DNA of 64,000 bases from Antedon mediterranea (taxonomy: Eukaryota > Animalia > Echinodermata), in assembly GCF_964355755.1 (NCBI RefSeq), contig NC_092677.1, positions 26,957,175 through 27,021,174 of the forward strand, written 5' to 3'. Positions 1 through 11,500 of this stretch are shown here, piece after piece (position 1 is the stretch's first letter; every line of letters starts with the position of its first letter). A program made the position numbers and the translations under genes. Under the pieces are notes generated by a model. The model was given only the letters and a program-made list of their open reading frames with translations. It made no database searches and had not been told where the DNA came from.

Positions 1-968
1 CAATTTTCGACCCTTTTATTTTTTGACATAAATGGTTACTATAGCTTAATAAACATGCGCAGAGTCGTCTAATGGGCTCTGCGCATGTCAATTATGCTAT
101 AGTAACCAGTCCTTTTATTTTTTAACATAAATGGTTACTATAGCATAATAAACATGCGCAGGGTCGTCTAATTGACTCTGCGCATGTCAATTATGCTATA
201 GTAAAAAGTTTTATAGAAAAATAAAAAGGTCGAAAATTTGCGATTTTTTGAAAATTTCCTTGTACTATAGTACAGGGATTTTTTCAAAAAATCGCCAATT
301 TCGACCCTTTTATTTTTTGACATAAATGGTTACTATAGCATAATAAACATGCGCAAAGTAGAATAATGGGCTCTGCGCATGTCAATTAAGCTATAGTAAC
401 CAGTTTTATCGAAAAATAAAAAAAAAAAGGTCGAAATTTGGCTATTTTGTGAAAAAATCCCTGTACTATAGTACAAGGAAATTTTCAAAAAATCGCAAAT
501 TTTCGACCTTTTTATTTGTTGACATAAATGGTTACTATAGCATAATAAACATGCGCAAAGTCGAATAATGCGTTCTGCGCATGTCAATTGTGCTATAGTA
601 ACCACTTTTGACATAAATGGTTACTATAGCATAATAAACATGCGCAGAGCCGAATAATGGGTTCTCCGCATGCCAATTGTGCTATAGTAACCAGTTTTAT
701 CGAAAAATAAAAAGGTCGAAAATTTGTCTTTTTTGAAAAAATCCCTGTACTATAAGTACAGGGAAATTTTGAAAAATCACCAATTTTCGACTTTTTTATT
801 TGTTGACATAAATGGTTACTAAAGCATAATAAACATGCGCAGAGTCGAATAATGCGTTCTGCGCATGTCAATTATGCTATAGTAGCCACTTTTGACATAA
901 ATGGTTACTATAGCATAATAAACATGCGCAGAGTCAAATAATGGCTTCTGCGCATGCCAATCAGTTTT
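1..968. repeat. Satellite A, left block: ~89 bp and ~195 bp palindromic subunits; truncated by the window start
   Basis: Repeated GGTTACTATAGCATAATAAACATGCGCAGAG...CTCTGCGCATGTCAATTATGCTATAGTAACC hairpin and TCCCTGTACTATAGTACAGGGA-centred hairpin. Same units recur at 7343-8342. Confidence 0.95.
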
Positions 969-3900
969 TATAATGATATAAGCAGTGAGTTAGGCAGATC
1001 ATAAGTCAGCTCTCCTTAAGTCAGCTGTGTGACTTAGGCAGAAACACAAAAAATATAGTATATTGATATAAGCAGTGAGTTAGGCAGAAAAAAAAATATG
1101 ACTTAGAAACTTTTGTTATGAGGCTGTCGATATCATCTATATACAAATACAAAAAAATGCTACCTTTAAGTAACAAAATTTAATAGCATCAGCTCTTCAG
1201 ATTAAAATTAACACTGATGATTTTAGAAAAGGAAAGTAGCAATAAAAGAGAAAGAATTTGTAACAAATGGGTTAAAAAATCAATCAAAATGTATTTCTTA
1301 TTTTATTTAAAAAATCATGAGTCTCCTCTCCTTAATTGCCTAAGTCACACAGATGACTTAGGCAGAAACACAAACAATATAGTATATTGATATAAGCAGT
1401 GAGTTAGGCAGATCATAAGTCAGCTCTCCTTAATTGCCTAAGTCACAAAGCTGACTTGGGCAGAAACACAACAAATATAGTATATTGATATAAGCAGTGA
1501 GTTAGGCAGAAAAAAAAAATTATGACTTAGACGCTTTTGTTATGAGGCTGTCGATATCATCTATATACAAAAAATGCTACCTTTAAGTAACAAAATTTAA
1601 TAGCATTAGCTCTTCAGATTAGAATTAACACTGATGATTTTAGAAAAGGAAAGTAGCAATAAAAGAGAAAGAATTTGTAACAAATGGGTTAAAAAATATA
1701 CTATAAAAATGTATTTCTTTTTGTATTTAAAAAATCATGATTCTCCTCTCCTTAATTGCCTAATTCACACAGCTGACTTAGGCAGAAACACAAAAAACGA
1801 TCTGAGCATGTGCAAATGAATATAAAAGCACTCAGATAATGTACAAAGGGCAGTATAATGATATAAGCTGTGAGTTAGGCAGATCATAAGTCAGCTCTCC
1901 TTAATTGCCTAAGTCACACAGCTGACTTAGGCAGAAACACAAAAAAATATAGTATATTGATATAAGCAGTGAGTTAGGCAGAAAAACAAAAAACAAATTA
2001 TGACTTAGACACTTTTGTTATGAGGCTGTCGATATCATCTATATACAAAAAATGCTACCTTTAAGTAACAAAATTTAATAGCATCAGCTCTTCAGATTAA
2101 AATTAACACTGATGATTTTAGAAAAGGAAAGTAGCAATAAAAGAGAAAGAATTTGTAACAAATGGGTTAAAAAATATACTATAAAAATGTATTTCTTATT
2201 TTATTTAAAAAAATCATGAGTCTCCTCTGCTTAATTGCCTAAGTCACACAGCTGACTTAGGCAGAAACACAAAAAAACGATCTGAGCATGTGCAAATGTA
2301 TATAAAAGCACTCAAATAATATGCAGACGGCAGTATAAAGATATAAGCAGTGAGTTAGGCAGATCATAAGTCAGCTCTCCTTAATTGCCTAAGTCACACA
2401 GCTGACTTAGGCAGAAACACAAAAAATATAGTATATTGATATAAGCAGTGAGTTAGCCAGAAAAAAACAATTATGACTTAGACACTTTTGTTTATGAGGC
2501 TGTCGATATCATCTATATACAAAAAATGCTACCCTTAAGTAACAAAATTTAATAGCATCAGCTCTTCAGATTAAAATTAACACTGATGAATTTTAGAAAA
2601 GGAAAGTAGCAATAAAAGAGAAAGAATTTGTAACAAATGGGTTAAAAAATATACTATAAAAATGTATTTCTTATTTTATTTAAAAAAATCATGAGTCTCC
2701 TCTGCTTAATTGCCTAAGTCACACAGCTGACTTAGGCAGAAACACAAAAAAACGATCTGAGCATGTGCAAATGTATATAAAAGCACTCAGATAATATACA
2801 GACGGCAGTATAAAGATATAAGCAGTGAGTTAGGCAGATCATAAGTCAGCTCTCCTTAATTGCCTAAGTCACACAGCTGACTTAGGCAGAAACACAAAAA
2901 ATATAGTATATTGATATAAGCAGTGAGTTAGCCAGAAAAAAACAATTATGACTTAGACACTTTTGTTTATGAGGCTGTCGATATCATCTATATACAAAAA
3001 ATGCTACCTTTAAGTAACAAAATTTAATAGCATCAGCTCTTCAGATTAAAATTAACACTGATGAATTTTAGAAAAGGAAAGTAGCAATAAAAGAGAAAGA
3101 ATTTGTAACAAATGGGTTAAAAATTATACTATAAAAATGTATTTCTTATTTTATTAAAAACATTATGAGTCTCCTCTCCTTAATTGCCTAAGTCACACAG
3201 CTGACTTAGGCAGAATCTAAAAAATATAGTATATTGATATAAGCAGTGAGTTAGGCAGATCATAAGTCAGCTCTCCTTAATTGCCTAAGTCACACAGCTG
3301 ACTTAGGCAGAAACACAAAAAATATAGTATATTGATATAAGCAGTGAGTTAGGCAGATCATAAGTCAGCTCTCTTTAATTGCCTAAGTCACACAGCTGAC
3401 TTAGGCAGAAACACAAAAAATATAGTATATTGATATAAGCAGTGAGTTAGGCAGAAAAAAAATTAATGACTTAGACACTTTTGTTATGAGGCAGTCGATA
3501 TCATCTATATACAAAAAATGCTACCTTTAAGTAACAAAATTTAATAGCATCAGCTCTTCAGATTAAAATTAACACGGATGATTTTAGAAAAGGAAAGTAG
3601 CAATAAAAGAGAAAGAATTTGTAACAAATGGGTTAAAAAATATACTATAAAAATGTATTTCTTATTTTATTTAAAAAATCATGAGTCTCCTCTGCTTAAT
3701 TGCCTAAGTCACACAGCTGACTTAGGCAGAAACACAAAAACACGATCTGAGCATGTGCAAATGTATATAAAAGCACTCAGATAATGTACAGAGGGCAGTA
3801 TAAAGATATAAGCAGTGAGTTAGGCAGATCATAAGTCAGCTCTCCTTAATTGCCTAAGTCACACAGCTGACTTAGGCAGAAACACAAACAATATAGTATA

Positions 3901-6635
3901 TTGATATAAGCAGTGAGTTAGGCAGATCATAAGTCAGCTCTCATTAATTGCCTAAGTCACAACTGACTTGGGCAGAAACCCAACAAATATAGTATATTGA
4001 TATAAGCAGTGAGTTAGGCAGAAAAAAAAATAATGACTTAGACACTTTTGTTATGAGGCTGTCGATATCATCTATATACAAAAAATGCTACCTTTAAGTA
4101 ACAAAATTTAATAGCATTAGCTCTTCAGATTAAAATTAACACTGATGATTTTAGAAAAGGAAAGTAGCAATAAAAGAGAAAGAATTTGTAACAAATGGGT
4201 TAAAAAATATACTATAAAAATGTATTTCTTTTTGTATTTAAAAATCATGATTCTCCTCTCCTTAATTGCCTAAGTCACACAGCTGACTTAGGCAGAAACA
4301 CAAAAAACGATCTGAGCATGTGCAAATGAATATAAAAGCACTCAGATAATGTACAAAGGGCAGTATAATGATATAAGCTGTGAGTTAGGCAGATCATAAG
4401 TCAGCTCTCCTTAATTGCCTAAGTCACACAGCTGACTTAGGCAGAAACACAAAAAAATATAGTATATTGATATAAGCAGTGAGTTAGGCAGAAAAACAAA
4501 AAACAAATTATGACTTAGACACTTTTGTTATGAGGCTGTCGATATCATCTATATACAAAAAATGCTACCTTTAAGTAACAAAATTTAATAGCATCAGCTC
4601 TTCAGATTAAAATTAACACTGATGATTTTAGAAAAGGAAAGTAGCAATAAAAGAGAAAGAATTTGTAACAAATGGGTTAAAAAATATACTATAAAAATGT
4701 ATTTCTTATTTTATTCAAAAAATCATGAGTCTCCTCTGCTTAATTGCCTAAGTCACACAGCTGACTTAGGCAGAAACACAAAAAAACGATCTGAGCATGT
4801 GCAAATGTATATAAAAGCACTCAGATAATATACAGACGGCAGTATAAAGATATAAGCAGTGAGTTAGGCAGATCATAAGTCAGCTCTCCTTAATTGCCTA
4901 AGTCACACAGCTGACTTAGGCAGAAACACAAAAAATATAGTATATTGATATAAGCAGTGAGTTAGCCAGAAAAAAACAATTATGACTTAGACACTTTTGT
5001 TTATGAGGCTGTCGATATCATCTATATACAAAAAATGCTACCTTTAAGTAACAAAATTTAATAGCATCAGCTCTTCAGATTAAAATTAACACTGATGAAT
5101 TTTAGAAAAGGAAAGTAGCAATAAAAGAGAAAGAATTTGTAACAAATGGGTTAAAAAATATACTATAAAAATGTATTTCTTATTTTATTAAAAACATTAT
5201 GAGTCTCCTCTCCTTAATTGCCTAAGTCACACAGCTGACTTAGGCAGAATCTAAAAAAATATAGTATATTGATATAAGCAGTGAGTTAGGCAGATCATAA
5301 GTCAGCTCTCCTTAATTGCCTAAGTCACACAGCTGACTTAGGCAGAAACACAAAAAATATAGTATATTGATATAAGCAGTGAGTTAGGCAGATCATAAGT
5401 CAGCTCTCTTTAATTGCCTAAGTCACACAGCTGACTTAGGCAGAAACACAAAAAATATAGTATATTGATATAAGCAGTGAGTTAGGCAGAAAAAAAATTA
5501 ATGACTTAGACACTTTTGTTATGAGGCTGTCGATATCATCTATATACAAAAAATGCTACCTTTAAGTAACAAAATTTAATAGCATCAGCTCTTCAGATTA
5601 AAATTAACACGGATGATTTTAGAAAAGGAAAGTAGCAATAAAAGAGAAAGAATTTGTAACAAATGGGTTAAAAAATATACTATAAAAATGTATTTCTTAT
5701 TTTATTTAAAAAATCATGAGTCTCCTCTGCTTAATTGCCTAAGTCACACAGCTGACTTAGGCAGAAACACAAAAACACGATCTGAGCATGTGCAAATGTA
5801 TATAAAGGCACTCAGATAATGTACAGAGGGCAGTATAAAGATATAAGCAGTGAGTTAGGCAGATCATAAGTCAGCTCTCCTTAATTGCCTAAGTCACACA
5901 GCTGACTTAGGCAGAAACACAAACAATATAGTATATTGATATAAGCAGTGAGTTAGGCAGATCATAAGTCAGCTCTCATTAATTGCCTAAGTCACACAGC
6001 TGACTTGGGCAGAAACACAACAAATATAGTATATTGATATAAGCAGTGAGTTAGGCAGAAAAACAAAAACAAAATTATGACTTAGACACTTTTGTTATGA
6101 GGTTGTCGATATCATCTATATACAAAAAATGCTACCTTTAAGTAACAAAATTTAATAGCATTAGCTCTTCAGATTAAAATTAACACTGATGATTTTAGAA
6201 AAGGAAAGTAGCAATAAAAGAGAAAGAATTTGTAACAAATGGGATAAAAAATATACTATAAAAATGTATTTCTTATTTTATTTAAAAAATCATGAGTCTC
6301 CTCTCCTTAATTGCCTAAGTCACACAGCTGACTTAGGCAGAAACACAAAAAACGATCTGAGCATGTGCAAATGTATATAAAAGCACTCAGATAATGTACA
6401 GAGGGCAGTATAATGATATAAGCAGCAGAGCCATATATATAAATATATATGGCTCTGATAAGCAGTGAGTTAGGCAGATCATAAGTCAGCCCCCCTTAAT
6501 TGCCTAAGTCACACAGCTGACTTGGGCAGAAACACAAAAAATATAGTATATTGATATAAGCAGTGAGTTAGGCAGAAAAAAAAATTATGTCTTAGACACT
6601 TTTGTTATGAGGCTGTCGATATCATCTATATACAA
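969..6635. repeat. Satellite B: ~11-12 monomers of ~420-580 bp with ~72 bp internal subrepeats
   Basis: The ATGATTTTAGAAAAGG marker recurs at ~1217, 1634, 2112, 2586, 3061, 3578, 4145, 4622, 5096, 5613 and 6189. Each subrepeat has the stem-loop GCCTAAGTCA-CACAGC-TGACTTAGGC. Confidence 0.95.
6426..6457. mobile_element. 32 bp palindromic micro-insertion with 8 bp target-site duplication
   Basis: CAGAGCCATATATAT-AA-ATATATATGGCTCTG flanked by ATAAGCAG at 6418-6425 and 6458-6465. Other satellite B monomers show the empty site. Confidence 0.85.
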
Positions 6636-7342
6636 ACAAGGCCATATAGATGGCTGCATTCGCGTGCTCATTAGTGTTTACCGACCGACCGACCAACCTA
6701 CCAACTGACCGAAATTACTGAACATGTTTAAAAATGTTGAAATGTTTAAAAACATTTATATTTTTTTAATTTACACGTGCGTAGCCTGTCACTTTTGACG
6801 TGCTCGTATAACGTAATTTCGAGTTGAAAAGTAAGTCAAGAAAACAGAAATCGGGCAAAAAGAGTGCGCAATAACATTTAACGCGCAGTGCGCGCGCAAA
6901 AATCTGCGCACTCATGGAATTTTTGTAAACGCTTAAACTTGCCTGAAACGTACTCTTATTTCATCGAAAATAAATTTTGAAAATTTTAAGCGCGCGTACG
7001 CATGCGTTACATGCGCTACGCACGTAATTGTATTGCCATATGATGATTTATGCCCTGAAATTTATGAGTACCAAATTTTATTTAATAGTGATTCATGGTT
7101 GTGAAGATATGATTACAGACGTGATTTCGTAAAATCGTGCGTAGACCGCGTAATTTTTTATTGCGCACCGTTAAAACATAACCACATCGATTCCTGGCCA
7201 TAAGGAATATACTGTGAAAAATTGACTTAGCTAGATTAAACTGATATTGAGACAAGGTCAGAAAGCGATAAAACGCATAGTGATACCGGACCGACAGACA
7301 AACCGACAGGCAGACCGACCGACCGACATAGTGAACTATAGA
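6636..7342 (-). mobile_element. Non-autonomous Helentron/HINE (DINE-1-like) element
   Basis: Starts AACAAG plus a short hairpin (GCCAT-ATAG-ATGGC) inside an A-run of satellite B and has (GACC)n tracts at both ends. Internal blocks GTGCTCGTAT, GAAATTTTAA.CGCGCGT and AAATCGTGCGTA are shared with the elements at 13854 and 16029. Confidence 0.6.
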
Positions 7343-8342
7343 TCCCTGTACCTATAGTACAGGGAAATTTTCGAAAAATCGCCAATTTTCGACCGTTTTA
7401 TTTGTTGACATAAATGGTTACTATAGCATAATAAACATGCGCAGAGTCGAATAATGCGTTCTGCGCATGTCTATTGTGCTATAGTAACCACTTTTGACAT
7501 AAATGGTTACTAGAGCATAATTAACATGCGCAAAGTCGAATAATGCGTTCTGTGCATGTCAATTGTGCTATAGTAACCACTTTTGACATAAATGGTTACT
7601 ATAGCATAATAAATATGCGCAGAGTCGAATAATGGGTTCTGCGCATGCCAATTGTGCTATAGTAATCAGTTTTATCGAAAAATAAAAAGGTCGAAAATTT
7701 GTCCTTTTTGAAAAAATCCCTGTACTATAGTACAGGGAAATTTTCGAAAAATCGCCAATTTTCGACCTTTTTATTTGTTGACATAAATGGTTACTATAGC
7801 ATAATAAACATGCGCAGAGTCGAATAATGCGTTCTGTGCATGTCAATTGTGCTATAGTAACCACTTTTGACATAAATGGTTACTATAGCATAATAAACAT
7901 GCGCAGAGTAGAATAATGGGCTCTGGGCATGTCAATTATGCTATAGTAACCACTTTTGACATAAATGGTTACTATAGCATAATAAATATGCGCAGAGTCG
8001 AATAATGGGTTCTGCGCATGCCAATTGTGCTATAGTAATCAGTTTTATCGAAAAATAAAAAGGTCGAAAACTTGTCCTTTTTGAAAAAATCCCTGTACTA
8101 TAGTACAGGGAAATTTTCGAAAAATCGCCAATTTTCGACCTTTTTATTTGTTGACATAAATGGTTACTATAGCATAATAAACATGCGCAGAGTCGAATAA
8201 TGCGTTCTGTGCATGTCAATTGTGCTATAGTAACCACTTTTGACATAAATGGTTACTATAGCATAATAAACATGCGCAGAGTAGAATAATGGGCTCTGGG
8301 CATGTCAATTATGCTATAGTAAATTTCCCTGTACTATAGTAC
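7343..8342. repeat. Satellite A, right block; 373 bp higher-order unit (89+89+195)
   Basis: Near-identical ORF-track entries at 7568 and 7941 are 373 bp apart. Hairpin units match 1-968. Confidence 0.95.
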
Positions 8343-8592
8343 CATAAATAGTTCGTATGGCTCTATAAGATAATAATAACACAATATATGCGCATATATG
8401 GCAATATTATCGCATAATTATTGAATTTAAAAAAGTGGATTTTTATGGCAATATTTTCGGATAATTGTTGTTACTATAGCTATATTATAGTTACTATGGC
8501 TCTAAAACGCGATGAAACCTGTTATGTTTTAAAAATGATTAATAAAAATATTATATTTTATCTACATTATTTGTGATGTTGTATTATATATA

Positions 8593-11500
8593 TCAGTCAT
8601 TCTTTTCTTCTTCAGTTGTTGGTATGACTTCTAGTAGTAGCTGTACATATTTTGTGACAGTTTCTAGAATAATATAAACATAAAATGCTAGTAAGTTCGA
8701 AGGAACCAAGGAGTATTTATACAGCAACACCCTTAAAGCTAGCTTCTCAATTGAACGCAACGCAGCGACGTACGTACGCGCAACACAAGCAATTTGACCA
8801 ACCACTACGCGATAAATCACCTGAACACTGAGACGATTGTGATTGGTCAACTCACTTGTGTTACGCCTACTTCGTCACCCCAAGTGGGAAGTAACATTAA
8901 GGCAATAGTGATCGTGAATTGAAAACACTTACTCATAATTTTCGGGTGATAGCCTCGGTAAACGAACGGGTAATAGAACAAAAGTCCTGAGAGTATGAAT
9001 AATGCGGCATACAGGTACTCCAAGGCGGGGTTGTCGATTATCGGTGCAAACACAAAATATACTGAACAGCAAATAACGAAAATAGGAACTCCAATTGGTA
9101 CCTGGAATTCACAAAAAGAAGTTTCATCACAAGTTAGACCATCTTGCCAATCAGAAGTTAAAATGGCGTTAATTCTCACTTCTTGAATGCATAACAACGA
9201 AACGGCGCGCAATTGAGTTAACCAATCTCAAGCGACAATTTCGGTATCCATCGCTTCGTGATTGGTAAAATAACTTGCGGTGCGCTTACGTCATTGCGGT
9301 GCGCTTACGTCATTGCGTTGCGTAGGATCAGGAAGCAAGCTTTATAATTTACCTTAACAGGCCTTTCTGTGTCCTTTTCTGTGACTCTGAGCACAATAAG
9401 AGCAGTCGCTGTGGCCCCGTACCAGATCCAGGCCGAGAAGCTGAAGTAGTTGACTAACGTATCGAACTCACTCGGTATCAACATTATCATAATTATTGCT
9501 GTCTAAAAAACAAATAATAATCACATTTTCAGACATTAGCGATTGGTTCTTACTAGAACACATCGCGAGGATGTAAGCGCAAGTGAGTTGACCAATCACG
9601 TCGCGATGCGGCGATACTAAATATTTTATCGCGTCGTGATTGATCAATTGCGTTATATCCTAGTTAGCTTTATTAATAACTATTAGCTTTAAAATAATTG
9701 TTACAAAACTATGTTAACATTTGGAATGGAGGAAAGCAAGCTAGGCACTATGCTACATAAACGTGAATTTACGTTTACTTACTAAAAACACTAAGGCTGG
9801 AATGGGTGTTATTTTCTTAACGTGTACCATTGACATTGCTTTCACCATGTGACCTCCTCTTGCTGTTGCAAATACAATCCTAAGAAATATTAACTCGTGA
9901 AAATAAACGGAACGTATAAAGTTCTGTCTACATTATCAAACTAGTTTGATGACCTCAAATATGGTAGTGATATACCCAAATATGGTAGGGATATGACATC
10001 ATTATGTCCATATATGGGCACATCATATTTTGGTCACATAAAATTTGATAGTGTAGACAGATCTTAACACTGCAATGTCGAAATTCGGATCTCATAGGAA
10101 ACTACTGGTTATAACAAGATCGGGACGAAACTAAATTGCTCTATGGACATCGTTTTCCATGAATGTATTGGAGGTTAAACAAATATGGTAGTGATATACC
10201 CAAATATGGTAGTGATATACCCAAATATGGTAGGGATATGACATCATTATTGCAGGTTAAACAAAGTATTTTTTTTAATCGTTTTCTTCTTATGTGCAAG
10301 AAAATACCAGTTTTTCAAAATTCAAAATACGGTATTAGAATAAGCACAGTGGGGTTACATTCGAGGTTTTGAAAGCTTGTACCTTGATGTTGAGAAGCAG
10401 TTCCCATTCGCAGCACCAAAGGTAGACATTATAACGGACAATGGCATAATCCATGCCCACCAACCAAGAGTTCGTTCACCGAAAGTCTGTAAAATATCAA
10501 TACAAATATAATATATAGGTGTGCATATAATGGTATTGTTTCAACAAATGATAGCTTAACGCATGCCAGACGTACTATGGGCTTGTTTTTATGAGGTGAA
10601 GTATTAAAAGCGAAGTACTTACAAAAGCGACTGCACTTGAGGCTATGAGTTCGTCAGGAGATATTACAGTTAAATAAGACAGGTTTGTCATCACATACAA
10701 CAACGTGACCATTGGAATACCAATTATTATAGATAATGGTAGATTCCTAATAAATAATATAATTTATACATTAATATAGATGACAAATGTGACAGAGTGG
10801 TGACGGGACAGTCAGGAAAGGGCTCAGAATGTTGCTCAGGGAAAATGATGATACAAGCCCCGCCTCTTTCTTTTGGTGCCCGGTTGTAAAATTGTTAATT
10901 TGTGTCAATAAATGTTGGAAAAAAAAAGTTAAATACAGAAGTCATGTCCGATAGCATGGAACTTAGTCATAGTGAGTATGAATAGGCGTGGCTTAACTTA
11001 ATGATCCGAACTTTAAAGTTAGTTCAAAGTCCACATAAATGTCGACAACAACAACATGCTAATCATCAATGCTTGGGCTACAAACAACAGCAAAATAAAC
11101 AATGAACAATGATTAGTTTACCTTTCGGGTCTTTGAAGTTCCTCTGTTACAAAATTAAGCTGGTTCCTAAAAGAAGAAATATATACGGTTATAAACACAC
11201 TCTTTGGCGTGAAGGTGGTGGTCTAAATCCTGCTGGATATTTCCAGGTGGGGTGGACTAATTCCTCTTGGCTATTTTCAGCGGACTGGTTTCCTATAAGG
11301 ACTGGAGAATATTTCACATAATAACTTCATTAGTTTGGCCTATCCCCTTATCCCACACTTCACACATAATGGCTTTTCTTTGTCAAATTTATTCTTACCA
11401 TCCCTCGTATGCCCAGAGGCCCTGATAAAATGCTATTCCGTAGGCGAATGGACTCGTCTCAGATCCTTTAAAAGACACCGACGGATCGAGATATTCTGTG

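Noticed and set aside
969-6635. CRISPR-like array or repeated small ORFs (MILEKESSNK...)
   Set aside because: Intervening sequences are repeated rather than unique spacers, there are no cas genes, and the ORFs are frameshifted in several monomers. This is a eukaryotic satellite.
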